Shown here: piece after piece, positions 8,144 to 17,413 of the stretch | How the letters are laid out: every line of letters starts with the position of its first letter | Position numbering within the stretch: the stretch's first letter is position 1 | From: a virus | Taxonomy: Duplodnaviria > Caudoviricetes | Reading direction: 5' to 3' (one strand) | DNA: 54,908 nucleotides | Virus record (IMG/VR): IMGVR_UViG_3300015245_000530 | Span: 1-54,908 of that record | Notes under the pieces: generated by a model | The model's input: the letters and a program-made list of their open reading frames with translations, nothing else | Database searches by the model: none | What the model was told of the DNA's origin: nothing | Made by a program: the position numbers and the translations under genes

Positions 8144-9121
8144 ATGGACGCAACGACCGCAACGACGCCGCCCCCGGAGCGGACCACGCCGAGGGCGCAC
8201 GCGCCAGGCATCTACATCGGCCTCCCGGCCGACGAATACCACGGGGACGAGGCGTTGGGCTCGACTGATATCAGGGCGCTCCGGCGCGGCATCAAGTTCG
8301 TCCACCAGGACACGCCCGCCACCGTGCTCGGCACCGCCATGCACATGCTGGTCCTCGACGGGCGCGACGCCTTCAACGCCGCCTACCACCGCCGGCCGGG
8401 CGAGTACGCGGACATGTCCACGGGGGACAAGAGCAAGATGACGAAGGCGCTCAAGGCCGAATACCCGTTCATGGAGATACTCCCGGCCGAGGACTACGAC
8501 CTGTGCGTCGACTCGCTCAAGATCATCGACGGGAACCCCGACCTCGCCGGCTGCATGCTGGGCGGCCTGTCCGAGGTATCGGTGTTCTGGGAGCGCGACG
8601 GGTTCCGGCTGAAGTGCAGGTTCGACAAGCTCAAGCTCAACGGGGTCGGCGACCTCAAGACCATCGCCAACGAGCGCCACAAGAACCTCGAAGAGGCCTG
8701 CCTCTACGACATCAAATACCGTCAATACGGCATGCAGGCGGCGCATTACCTCGATGGCCGATCGCGTCTGCCGGCGCTGCTCAAGAACGGGTGCGTCTAC
8801 GACGGCGCCACGGGCGAGGCGCTGTCCAGGAAGGACGGCCCCAAAGCGGTCCTCGACTACCTCGACAAGGTCGCCGCCAAGGGGGGGAATTCTGCCTTCC
8901 AGTTCGTGTTCCTGCAGAAGGAGCCGCCGGCCACCACCTGGTCCACCTTCTTCGACTCGACCGATCCCCTGATAGAGTTGTGGCGCGACCACGTCGACTC
9001 GGCGTTGGCCCGGTACCCAGCGCACCTCGACAAGTTCCACGCGCCCGGGGGATGGTCGACAATCGAGCCGGTCCGCAAGGTGGTGATGTCCGATTTCCCG
9101 GGCGGGGAGTTCGGGTGGTGA
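8144..9121 (+). CDS. RecE/exonuclease VIII-like PD-(D/E)XK exonuclease (DUF3799-like)
   Basis: PGIY....DEYH, GTAMH, EVSVFW..DG..LKCRFD.L....DLKT, YGMQAAHY; GGAGG RBS. Confidence 0.85.
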   Translation: MDATTATTPPPERTTPRAHAPGIYIGLPADEYHGDEALGSTDIRALRRGIKFVHQDTPATVLGTAMHMLVLDGRDAFNAAYHRRPGEYADMSTGDKSKMTKALKAEYPFMEILPAEDYDLCVDSLKIIDGNPDLAGCMLGGLSEVSVFWERDGFRLKCRFDKLKLNGVGDLKTIANERHKNLEEACLYDIKYRQYGMQAAHYLDGRSRLPALLKNGCVYDGATGEALSRKDGPKAVLDYLDKVAAKGGNSAFQFVFLQKEPPATTWSTFFDSTDPLIELWRDHVDSALARYPAHLDKFHAPGGWSTIEPVRKVVMSDFPGGEFGW

Positions 9122-9495
9122 CGGCGACCAGATCGTTCCTGGCGCCGATGGGCGCGCTCGACAACAAGCCGGTTTATGGCGCCCCTTGCAACGGTTGCGG
9201 CCTGTGCTGCATAGCGTCGCTCTGCGCCCTGGGCCAGCACGTGTTCGGGCGCATCGAGGGCCCCTGCCCCGCGCTCGGCATAGATGACGACCTGAAGTCC
9301 TCGTGCGGCCTCGTCACCGCCTCTACACCGGAGATGTCCGCGGCCGCGAAGTTGATCATCGGCGCCGGCGACGGGTGCGACGCGAGGTTCGACGGCGAGC
9401 CGCAGAATCAGGAGACGGTCGATAAGTTCACGACGATCGTGTTGCGGACCGCGCGCGCGTTCAAGCAGGCCAAGTTCATGTGGGGAATGAGATGA
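9118..9495 (+). CDS. Cys-cluster (CxxCxxCC) metal/Fe-S-binding protein
   Basis: PCNGCGLCC...C...CPAL...C...GCD. Confidence 0.65.
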   Translation: MTATRSFLAPMGALDNKPVYGAPCNGCGLCCIASLCALGQHVFGRIEGPCPALGIDDDLKSSCGLVTASTPEMSAAAKLIIGAGDGCDARFDGEPQNQETVDKFTTIVLRTARAFKQAKFMWGMR

Positions 9496-9681
9496 GTTGG
9501 GAGTTGCAGGTCAGAAATTAGATTTGAGCAGGGGAACCGCCAAGGACTTGCGCACAGGCATCACGCGCCCGCTAGCATCCACGTTGGATGGAGACATCGA
9601 TTGCTTTCTGGGGGCGACCATTCTGTCACCCATGCAATGGCCGCACCCCATCGATCAGAATCCGATGCCAGAGAATACTCG

Positions 9682-9879
9682 ATGAGCTCCTCCCAGATCA
9701 GAGGTGGATTCGAATTCTCGTGTGATGCCTGCGGAGAGGTGTGGGTACCACCAAAACTTGGTCGCGGATCGGAGAGGCGAGACTTTCAAGAATGCTGGGG
9801 CGACGCCAAAGAGGCTGGATGGAGAGCGCACCGCAATAAACTCGGAGATTTTGAACATCGATGTCCCGACTGTCGATAG
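9682..9879 (+). CDS. Small zinc-finger protein
   Basis: CDACG...AKEAGW...HRCPDC. Confidence 0.65.
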   Translation: MSSSQIRGGFEFSCDACGEVWVPPKLGRGSERRDFQECWGDAKEAGWRAHRNKLGDFEHRCPDCR

Positions 9880-10061
9880 GTGTATCCGTCGAGAGGACCG
9901 CGATCGCCTTCGCCGACGGCGCGGTCGACGTGCTGTCCCCCGACGTCAAGCTCAGCATGGCGTTCATGAAGTCCAGGATCGCCAACATCGGCGAGAGTAA
10001 CGAGGACCGGCAATCCCGGGTGGTGCGCGTGCGCGTCGAGGTTCTGCGGGAGGAGACATGA
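9861..10061 (+). CDS. Hypothetical protein
   Basis: ORF with phage codon usage, coupled to the next gene. Confidence 0.45.
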   Translation: MSRLSIGVSVERTAIAFADGAVDVLSPDVKLSMAFMKSRIANIGESNEDRQSRVVRVRVEVLREET

Positions 10062-10474
10062 GCTCCCGTCGCCGGCATGGCAATCCGCCGAAGCTCATGA
10101 GCGTCTTCGAGGCGTGCGAAATCGCCTCGGCGATGATCCGGGCGGCGGGATTTGAGCTGCGTTACCAATCCGCCATCAGCGAGACGCGGTACTTCGGGTG
10201 GCCGGGCCGCGAGGGGACGCTCAGGGTGTCGGCGCACAAGAGGAAACGCGGCGCCAACGGGTTGCCGCCCATCATCGCGCGAGTGACTTTCCACGACGCG
10301 AGCGAGCCCGGCACGGTCTCGATGGACGAGGTCCGCATGGACAACACCGTCGCCAACGCCATCGGCCGGTACATGCTCAGGTCGGCGGAGCCGCCGTTTC
10401 AAACATACCGATGCATGAGCGGCGCATGGGGCGGCGGCGCCACTGTTGACTGCGCGGCCAGCGCCGGCGCTTAA
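10058..10474 (+). CDS. Hypothetical protein
   Basis: GGAGG RBS, ATGA overlap. Confidence 0.6.
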   Translation: MSSRRRHGNPPKLMSVFEACEIASAMIRAAGFELRYQSAISETRYFGWPGREGTLRVSAHKRKRGANGLPPIIARVTFHDASEPGTVSMDEVRMDNTVANAIGRYMLRSAEPPFQTYRCMSGAWGGGATVDCAASAGA

Positions 10475-10520
10475 ATAATCTCGAGCGGAGGGGCGAGCTC
10501 CCAAAGGGAGAACGCGCGCG

Positions 10521-12074
10521 GTGAAGTCAGACCGAATGGCCCCAATGACAAGGGCCGCCCTCCGGCCAGTTTCTCAAACCCTCGACGAGGAGACCACAGT
10601 GGCAACGACACCGAGACCGCTCGACGACGATAGCTTCGCGGACGCCATGGACCGCGACAGCCGCCAGGCGATGACCACGTTCGTGGAGTCGGGGCGGCGC
10701 GGGCAGGACGAGGAGCGATTGCCGGAGATCTCGTTCCAATCCCCCGCCTCCCGCGTGTTCGGCGCGCAGAAGGTCGCCGTCTACCGGGACGAGGAGCGCG
10801 TGAAGCTCAGGCTCGTGACCGCGGCGGCGATGGCAGGGAAGAACTGGTACTACAGCTGGCCGGTCAAGGGCGATGGGGGCAAGACGGAATGGGTCGAGGG
10901 GCCGTCCATCAAGCTCGTCGACGACCTCGTGACGATCTACGGCAACTGCTACCTCGGGACACCGCATATGGAGGAGACGTCCACGCACTGGCGGTTCTAC
11001 TCGTCCTTCACGGACTACGAGACCGGAACCACCCGCGAACTCCAATACAACCAGCGCAAGAGCCAACGCCAGAGCAAGAAGATGGACATCGGCAGGCAGG
11101 AAGACATCGCCTTCCAGATCGGTCAGTCCAAGTCGCAGCGCAACGTGGTGAGACACGCGCTGCAAACATGGTGCGACTTCGCCATGCACGAGGCCAAGCG
11201 CTCGCTGACGGACAAGATCGGCAAGGACCTTCTGAGGTGGAGGGACGACGTCGTGTCGGGCCTCAACCGCGCGAACATAGAATTGGGGCGCGTCGAAAGA
11301 ATCCTCGGAAGGACCTGCGACCGGTGGCTCGTATCGGACGTCGCCGCCGTCATCTCCACCATGAAGACGATAGCCGACGGTTTCCAAACCTGGGACGAGG
11401 CGTTCCCGCCGACGTCCGGCACCACCAGCCCGATGGCCGGCGAGGAGGCCGGCGACGGGGAGGACGGCGAAGCCGAAACCGCCGCGAGCAAAGACAGGGT
11501 ACCTGCCGGTCGTTCCACTCCGCCCCCCCCGGCAGGCAACGGCGCGGCGACCGGGCCTCAGCCCCCGGCCGCCGCGAGTCGCCGGGAAGACGAGCCCGAC
11601 CCCGGCGAGCAGGTGGACGGCCAAGACAGGCAACCGCGGACCCCAAGCGAGCCGGCGAAATCCGACCTGCCCCCAGAAGGGGTCGCCGCGGCCGGGAAAC
11701 AGGCCGCCGGAGAGCCGGACAACCGGGCGGCGAAGGACACGCCCTCGGATAGCCAGGACGCCCTGAAGCCGGCCGGCGAAGGCGGCAAGGCCAGGAAACC
11801 GAAGAAGGCCGACCCTCCCGCGGCCGCCGAGATCGCCCCGGGCCCGGGCGCAGAGGTGTTCGACAACCCCGGCCGCAAGACGGGGGACGAGTACGTCGCC
11901 TACTTCGGCCGGTGGGTCGCTGCGGCCACGAGCCTCACAGACATCGCCGACCGCTGGGCCAGGGAGCGCAACCTGCGCAACGCCCTGAGCACGGGACCCC
12001 TGAACGAGGAGCAGCTCAGGGCGGCGTTCAACCTCCGGGCCGAGGCCGAGGCCAGGATCAAGGGGGCAGCGTGA
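10521..12074 (+). CDS. Putative single-strand annealing/recombination protein with a long low-complexity tail
   Basis: YYSWPVKG...EGPSIKL......YGN motif of a phage family usually found near exonucleases; function inferred from context. Confidence 0.5.
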   Translation: MKSDRMAPMTRAALRPVSQTLDEETTVATTPRPLDDDSFADAMDRDSRQAMTTFVESGRRGQDEERLPEISFQSPASRVFGAQKVAVYRDEERVKLRLVTAAAMAGKNWYYSWPVKGDGGKTEWVEGPSIKLVDDLVTIYGNCYLGTPHMEETSTHWRFYSSFTDYETGTTRELQYNQRKSQRQSKKMDIGRQEDIAFQIGQSKSQRNVVRHALQTWCDFAMHEAKRSLTDKIGKDLLRWRDDVVSGLNRANIELGRVERILGRTCDRWLVSDVAAVISTMKTIADGFQTWDEAFPPTSGTTSPMAGEEAGDGEDGEAETAASKDRVPAGRSTPPPPAGNGAATGPQPPAAASRREDEPDPGEQVDGQDRQPRTPSEPAKSDLPPEGVAAAGKQAAGEPDNRAAKDTPSDSQDALKPAGEGGKARKPKKADPPAAAEIAPGPGAEVFDNPGRKTGDEYVAYFGRWVAAATSLTDIADRWARERNLRNALSTGPLNEEQLRAAFNLRAEAEARIKGAA

Positions 12075-12292
12075 TGGGAACCAGGAGCGGCGCACGCCAC
12101 AGAAGGGGCCAGACGTCGAAGTTGAAATTGGACGCCGACAAGATCGCCGTGATCCTCAAGGGGTACGTGGAGCACAGGCGCACGCGCGACGTCGCCGCGC
12201 AGCTCCGCGTGAGCGAGGTCACCGTGAAGCGGTACTACTCGGAGTGGATGGACGAGTGGGTTCACCGGAACCCGATAGTCGTCGGCAGGTGA
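12074..12292 (+). CDS. HTH DNA-binding protein
   Basis: TRDVAAQLRVSEVTVKRY. Confidence 0.65.
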   Translation: MGTRSGARHRRGQTSKLKLDADKIAVILKGYVEHRRTRDVAAQLRVSEVTVKRYYSEWMDEWVHRNPIVVGR

Positions 12293-12468
12293 CGGCGTGC
12301 ACCGCTGGGGAGAGCCCGACCGGCAGCGCGACCACACCGACCGCGCCTGCCTAAAAGGTTGCGGGTGGACGAGGCGGACGCGCAAGGAGCCGCCGCAATA
12401 CTGGACGGAGTGGTGGCGCGATGGGGAGCGTGTAGACTTGGACAAGACCCCGCCCTGCGGAGCCGCGA

Positions 12469-12675
12469 ATGGTCATGGGCAACAAGCGCAAGCGCCACCG
12501 GCCGCCCGGGACGAAGCGGGTGATCGTCGACGCTATGCGGGGGATGGACGCGGCGCACGCGTTGGACGACCAGAACTTGGCGCTGCCGGACCGGGAAGTC
12601 GCCGCCCGGGAGCGCCAGAGGACGAGGCGCAGGACGGCGGCGGCGAAGAGCATAGCATGGGGCCTTTCCAAATGA
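12469..12675 (+). CDS. Hypothetical basic protein
   Basis: ORF ends in an ATGA overlap with the exonuclease start. Confidence 0.4.
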   Translation: MVMGNKRKRHRPPGTKRVIVDAMRGMDAAHALDDQNLALPDREVAARERQRTRRRTAAAKSIAWGLSK

Positions 12676-13415
12676 CGACGCTCATCAGGGTGTTCGACTG
12701 CGAGACCACCGGGCTCAACCCCGCCACGCACCGCATCTGCGAGGTCGCGACGGTCGACCTGGAGGTGAATGAACCGACCGAGGAATCAAAGGCCCGCGGC
12801 TACAATCAGACGGTCGTTCAACGCGGCGAGATGTGGTCCTCGCTCGTCGACCCCGGCGTACCGATCCCGCCCGAGGCGGCCGGCGTGCATGGAATTGTCG
12901 ACGACATGGTCAAGGGGAAGCCGGCGATCGGCGACCTGGCAGAGTACATCAAGCGCGGCCCTCCGGATTTCTACTGCGCGCACGTCGCCAAGTTTGATTC
13001 CTCGTTCTTTCGGCCGGCGGCCATCCCTTGGCTCTGTACCTATAAAATAGCCCTGTGGCTCTGGCCAGACTGCCCGGTGCACAAGAACGCGGTGCTGCGG
13101 TACTGGCTCAAGCTCAAGTTCGCGGAAGATCCCGGGGTCCCGCACCGGGCGCTGCCCGACGCCATCATCACCGCCGCCGTCCTGCGCCGCGCCATCATGG
13201 AGGGCGCGGCTGTCGAGGAGATGGCTCGGGTGAGCGAGGCGCCGGCGTTCCTTCCTCGCCTCACGTTCGGCGAGCATGCCATGAAGCCCATCGCCGACGT
13301 TCCCGACAGCTACCTGTCGTGGATACTCCAACCCAAGCAGGCGGGCATGAACGAGGACGTGCGCCACACGGCCTACCACGAGCTGCAGCGGCGGCGGATC
13401 GCCAAGTCTGGATGA
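12672..13415 (+). CDS. DEDDh 3'-5' exonuclease, exonuclease X-like
   Basis: DCETTG, AH.AKFD, HRALPDA, and the C-terminal FGEH....IADVPDSYLSW domain typical of ExoX. Confidence 0.88.
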   Translation: MTTLIRVFDCETTGLNPATHRICEVATVDLEVNEPTEESKARGYNQTVVQRGEMWSSLVDPGVPIPPEAAGVHGIVDDMVKGKPAIGDLAEYIKRGPPDFYCAHVAKFDSSFFRPAAIPWLCTYKIALWLWPDCPVHKNAVLRYWLKLKFAEDPGVPHRALPDAIITAAVLRRAIMEGAAVEEMARVSEAPAFLPRLTFGEHAMKPIADVPDSYLSWILQPKQAGMNEDVRHTAYHELQRRRIAKSG

Positions 13416-13699
13416 CGCCCATGACGATCTTCCGCTCGCCCCTCCGCGTCCTGAGAACGCAGGCCGAGAAAATAGCGAAGATGCTCAAGGCCGCCGAGCG
13501 CGGAGAGGTAGTGGCTGCCGACCCGGGCGGGAATATCGCGGCGGCCCGCGTGGGGGAAAGCGTGACCTTCGCCATCGCGATGGACGACAAGATACTCAAG
13601 ATCGAAATGTCGTGGGCCGCAATCCGCGACACCAGCGAATCCGGGATCGCCGAGTACATTCTCAGGCAGATGAGGGATGACCGCGACGTCGCCAATTGA
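13412..13699 (+). CDS. Hypothetical protein
   Basis: ATGA-coupled ORF. Confidence 0.6.
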   Translation: MTPMTIFRSPLRVLRTQAEKIAKMLKAAERGEVVAADPGGNIAAARVGESVTFAIAMDDKILKIEMSWAAIRDTSESGIAEYILRQMRDDRDVAN

Positions 13700-13814
13700 G
13701 GGAATAACCACGCGCGATGATGATCCAGACGAGACGGCTGGACGCGCCCTCTACCGAGCAAGCGCGGAGACGACAACGAGAACCTCAAACGCCATAGCTG
13801 GACGGAGAGTGACC

Positions 13815-13991
13815 ATGAACGCGTATTGCCATGACCGCAGACAACACCTGTTACAGAACAACGAGCAACTCATGATTGCTCTCGCCAAGGCCGAGAACGT
13901 GCGCCTGCGCCGGCAGGTCGCCGACATGGCGGCGGAGAAGGCGATGCTCCAGGCCGCTGTTGACGCCGCGGGCAAGACCGACAAAACCTAA
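13815..13991 (+). CDS. Small coiled-coil hypothetical protein
   Basis: GGAG RBS; heptad pattern. Confidence 0.45.
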   Translation: MNAYCHDRRQHLLQNNEQLMIALAKAENVRLRRQVADMAAEKAMLQAAVDAAGKTDKT

Positions 13992-14012
13992 CGGGACACG
14001 AAGGAGAACGAC

Positions 14013-15707
14013 ATGAACGTCCAGGCGACGCTCGATTTCGCGCGACTCTATCCCCTCGACGAGTTCAAATACGACCACGAGGCGCCGCCAAACAGCGGCA
14101 TCCGACCCACCAGGGTCGCCGGGCGCGAGGACGTGGCCTCGCTGCGCGAAAGCATTCGAGCGCTGGGCCAGATCGTCCCCATCGTGTTCCAGACGCACCA
14201 CGCCGTTAAATACGTCGTCTCCGGCAACCGCCGGCTGAGGGCCATTCGCGAGCTCGGCCACTCGCACGTGATGGCCATCGACGCGGAGCGCCTCTGCGGG
14301 ACGCCCATAGAGGTCGCGCTCGCCGACAACATCATCCGCTCGCCGCTCCACCCGGTCGACAAACACGACGCGTTCGCCGCGCTCATACAGGCGGGCGAGA
14401 CCGTCGCGGAGATCGCGGCCGCCTACTCCATCAAGCCGCGCGAGGTCGAGCAGGCGCTCGCCGTCTCCAAGCTCGCCCCGGAGGTCCGCGAGGTTTGGCG
14501 CGCCGGCGGCATTGACGCCGAGACGGCGCAGACGTTCACAATGGACACCGACCAGAAACGGCAGGCGGCGGTCCTCAAGCGGCTCGGAAAGAACAACTCT
14601 GAGGGTAGAATCCAGGAGTACCAGGTCAGGAGGGAGCTGGTCGGCGAGCGCGGCGACGGCCAGCGCCTCATCAGGTTCGTCGGCACCGGAGCCTACGAGG
14701 CCGCCGGCGGTAAGGTGATGGTCGACCTGTTCAAGGATCGCCACGGGTTCTCGGACCTGGCGCTCCTCAAGAGGTGCGCGGACGAGAAGTTGGCTGCGCA
14801 ATGCAGGCGACTCGTCGATGAGGATGGATGGTTGTTCGCCGTGTGGGGTGAGGAAGCGGACCGGTCCTACATGTGGGGCCGCAACCGGCGCGAGGTGAAA
14901 TTAACTGGGGACGAGAAAGCGCGCGTCGCCGCCATCACCAAGCAGGTGGACGCCATCGACGAGCAGGAACTCCAGACCGAAGACGACATGGATAAGCGCG
15001 ACGAGTTCGCGGCCGAGGCGGAGGCGATCGAGGCGGCGGCGGCGATGCGCCGGTGGCCCCGGAAGGACCGCGCGGGGTTCGGGTGCGTCGTGAGCATAGA
15101 CCACGACGGCAACATGGAGGTCGCGCCGGGATACACGAAGCCCGCGCCGAAGGTTGCGGCCAAGGACGCGACGCCAGCGCAGAAGAAGAAGGCGCAGGCC
15201 GACCGCGCCAAGGCGGCGGAGGGCGGCGAGGTCTCGAAGGCGCTCGACCAGCGGCTTCGCGTGCAAATGCTCAAGGCGACGCAGCGGGCGCTTCGCATGG
15301 CATCGGAGAAGTGGGACAGGCAGAACCACACGTTGCCGGCCATCCTATGCCGCGTGGCCGCCGACCGCATCAAACCGGACAACAGTTGGGACGCCGGCCT
15401 GGAGGGCAAGCAACTGGACGCGATCCGTGAGGCCATGGATTCGGACGTCATGAACATTTGCTGCGCGAAGGAATTCGACGCGAAGGATTATTTCGCCAGC
15501 GTGTCGAGGGCCAACATCGTGGCCGTCGTGCGTGAGGCCGTCAGCGATGTTGAGGCCGTGCACGTCGAGAAGAAGAAGGTCGCCGACGCCGTAAAGTATG
15601 CGCTGGCGAACATCCCGAAGACCGGTTGGTTGCCCGTCCAGCTCCGCACCCCACATTATGCCGGCCCGGGTTCCGGCAAGCAGTTGAGAAAAGGTAGACG
15701 AAAATGA
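14013..15707 (+). CDS. ParB/RepB/Spo0J-family protein (long plasmid-type form)
   Basis: LRESIRALGQIVPI, VVSGNRRLRA, LADNIIRSPLHPVD...AF, HTH, and C-terminal GWLPVQLR. Confidence 0.88.
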   Translation: MNVQATLDFARLYPLDEFKYDHEAPPNSGIRPTRVAGREDVASLRESIRALGQIVPIVFQTHHAVKYVVSGNRRLRAIRELGHSHVMAIDAERLCGTPIEVALADNIIRSPLHPVDKHDAFAALIQAGETVAEIAAAYSIKPREVEQALAVSKLAPEVREVWRAGGIDAETAQTFTMDTDQKRQAAVLKRLGKNNSEGRIQEYQVRRELVGERGDGQRLIRFVGTGAYEAAGGKVMVDLFKDRHGFSDLALLKRCADEKLAAQCRRLVDEDGWLFAVWGEEADRSYMWGRNRREVKLTGDEKARVAAITKQVDAIDEQELQTEDDMDKRDEFAAEAEAIEAAAAMRRWPRKDRAGFGCVVSIDHDGNMEVAPGYTKPAPKVAAKDATPAQKKKAQADRAKAAEGGEVSKALDQRLRVQMLKATQRALRMASEKWDRQNHTLPAILCRVAADRIKPDNSWDAGLEGKQLDAIREAMDSDVMNICCAKEFDAKDYFASVSRANIVAVVREAVSDVEAVHVEKKKVADAVKYALANIPKTGWLPVQLRTPHYAGPGSGKQLRKGRRK

Positions 15708-16159
15708 AACCTGCAAAGATCGCCAAGGTGCACCACGACGAGCGCAAGCCGGAGGTGGTGATCAGGGACCTGAAGTCGGACCTCGCGCAGTCGCGCGAGC
15801 GCAACGAATATCTCACCAAACGCCACGACGAGAGAAGCAATGAACTCAGCGAGGCAAAGAAGATCAACAAAGGGTTGGCCGATGCGAACGCCGAGCTGAA
15901 AGAACGTCTCGTCAAGGCAGAGCTGGCCGTGCACTGGCACCGCGGCTATATCGCCCGCACCCATGAGGACGACGTCGCCAACGAGGAACTCGTGACGGTC
16001 GGCGATGTCGATGGGGAACGGTCTCTGGTGCCGAAGCGCAAGTTTCAATCACAGCCGGCAGATTTCCACGATCGCGAACCGAGCATTGGCCAAGAAGGCA
16101 TTTATACCAACCGGGACACTGGCAGACCGCCCCCGCGCAAGCATTGGGTAAACTACTGA
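15704..16159 (+). CDS. Coiled-coil hypothetical protein
   Basis: ATGA overlap, heptad repeats. Confidence 0.65.
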   Translation: MKPAKIAKVHHDERKPEVVIRDLKSDLAQSRERNEYLTKRHDERSNELSEAKKINKGLADANAELKERLVKAELAVHWHRGYIARTHEDDVANEELVTVGDVDGERSLVPKRKFQSQPADFHDREPSIGQEGIYTNRDTGRPPPRKHWVNY

Positions 16160-16160
16160 G

Positions 16161-16373
16161 ATGATCGACACCGAAGTCGCTGAGAGGATCGACCGCGATA
16201 CCGTCCGCATGCAGTGGCGCGGGAGCGACGACGGGATCGTGTGGTCGCCGTGGTCGGTCCTCGCGCAACTGCACCAGAAGATCCCGTTCCACAAGTTCGT
16301 GCAGGGGAGGATATGGGTCGATGGCGAATGGTTCACCTCGCCGGTCGACACCTATCCGGAGGATTGGGCGTGA
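16161..16373 (+). CDS. Hypothetical protein
   Basis: Operon packing. Confidence 0.55.
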   Translation: MIDTEVAERIDRDTVRMQWRGSDDGIVWSPWSVLAQLHQKIPFHKFVQGRIWVDGEWFTSPVDTYPEDWA

Positions 16374-16717
16374 AGCGCGACAAGTCCCCGAACGTCCTGC
16401 TGCTGCGCCCGGGCGATCGGTTGCCGGACCTGGACGACGGCGACAGATGGGTGGCGCCGAAGAAGGGGAACGACCGTATGTGGCAGGTCGTCCTATTCAA
16501 CCGTCACCGCGGTGTTGACCGCAGACGCGAGGGCACGTTTACGATAGCCCGGTTGCTCGCGCTGGTGAGGGCCATCAAGTCCAGGCACCCGCGGGCGGTC
16601 AAGTCGCCGAAGTCGAAGGCTGGACCGATCATATACCGCACGCGCCATTATGGACCGGCCATCGCGATCGTCACCGCGCTCGACGGGCCGGTCGCGAGCG
16701 TCGCGACCAAGCAGTAA
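16370..16717 (+). CDS. Hypothetical protein
   Basis: GTGA-coupled start. Confidence 0.45.
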   Translation: MKRDKSPNVLLLRPGDRLPDLDDGDRWVAPKKGNDRMWQVVLFNRHRGVDRRREGTFTIARLLALVRAIKSRHPRAVKSPKSKAGPIIYRTRHYGPAIAIVTALDGPVASVATKQ

Positions 16718-16721
16718 GGGG

Positions 16722-16910
16722 ATGAATATGCAGGTCTGGATCATCGCCAACGCCGCAGAAAATTTGTTCCGCACATGGAGCGCCGAAGGACCAAGATGGA
16801 CGGATTCGCGCGACGAGGCCACCTGGTATGTCCGCAAAACTGATGCCGAGAAGGTGTCCGAGAACGACGAGGACGCCTGGAAGATATTGCCGCACCAAAC
16901 GGAGAAGTGA
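16722..16910 (+). CDS. Hypothetical protein
   Basis: AAGGGG RBS. Confidence 0.55.
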   Translation: MNMQVWIIANAAENLFRTWSAEGPRWTDSRDEATWYVRKTDAEKVSENDEDAWKILPHQTEK

Positions 16911-16911
16911 G

Positions 16912-17130
16912 ATGGCAGCGTCGCTCAAGGACTACGAGATTCGCGAGGGCACTCACGGCCAGATGGGCATCTACCCGCGCGCCTACAACATAAAGCTCGC
17001 CACGTTCGTACCCAACTCCAAAAATCTGCAGACCGCGCTCAGGCGCGTGTTCGACAAGGCCGACAGGGCGGAGCGGCGCAAGCAGGAGCGCCGGGCGCAG
17101 GGCAAGAACGAGCCGGGAGTAAGACCATGA
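16912..17130 (+). CDS. Hypothetical protein
   Basis: GGAG RBS. Confidence 0.55.
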   Translation: MAASLKDYEIREGTHGQMGIYPRAYNIKLATFVPNSKNLQTALRRVFDKADRAERRKQERRAQGKNEPGVRP

Positions 17131-17170
17131 CGAGGTTGATGCGCAACCAACGCGACAAGGAGCCAGACTG

Positions 17171-17413
17171 ATGGGAATACGGCGCATAGGTTGGCTGGGA
17201 CAGAAATGGTGCTGCTACTTCTGGCACACGTCGTGGGCCGACCTGTCAATCGGCGTCCACCTCAGCCTGTCAGCCCCCAACGTGGAGCTGCACCTGCCTT
17301 TCGGGTTCGTCAGGGTGGACCGCGTCGAGCACCTCAACGTCTACAAACTGAGAGCGTGCAACATCCGGCACCACCGGGACAGACTCGCCTTCTGGGAGAA
17401 CTACCGTGGGTAA
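17171..17413 (+). CDS. Hypothetical protein
   Basis: AAGGAG RBS, overlaps the next gene. Confidence 0.5.
   Translation: MGIRRIGWLGQKWCCYFWHTSWADLSIGVHLSLSAPNVELHLPFGFVRVDRVEHLNVYKLRACNIRHHRDRLAFWENYRG

Noticed and set aside
9492-9685. Possible gene or frameshifted remnant in an AT-richer patch
   Set aside because: The coupled ATG gives only 9 codons and the longer frame lacks a good start or motif.
12297-12671. 125-aa N-terminal extension of the exonuclease in the ORF track
   Set aside because: The DEDDh domain starts at ATG12672, coupled to a separate ORF. The upstream part may be a small separate or frameshifted gene, but this cannot be resolved here.
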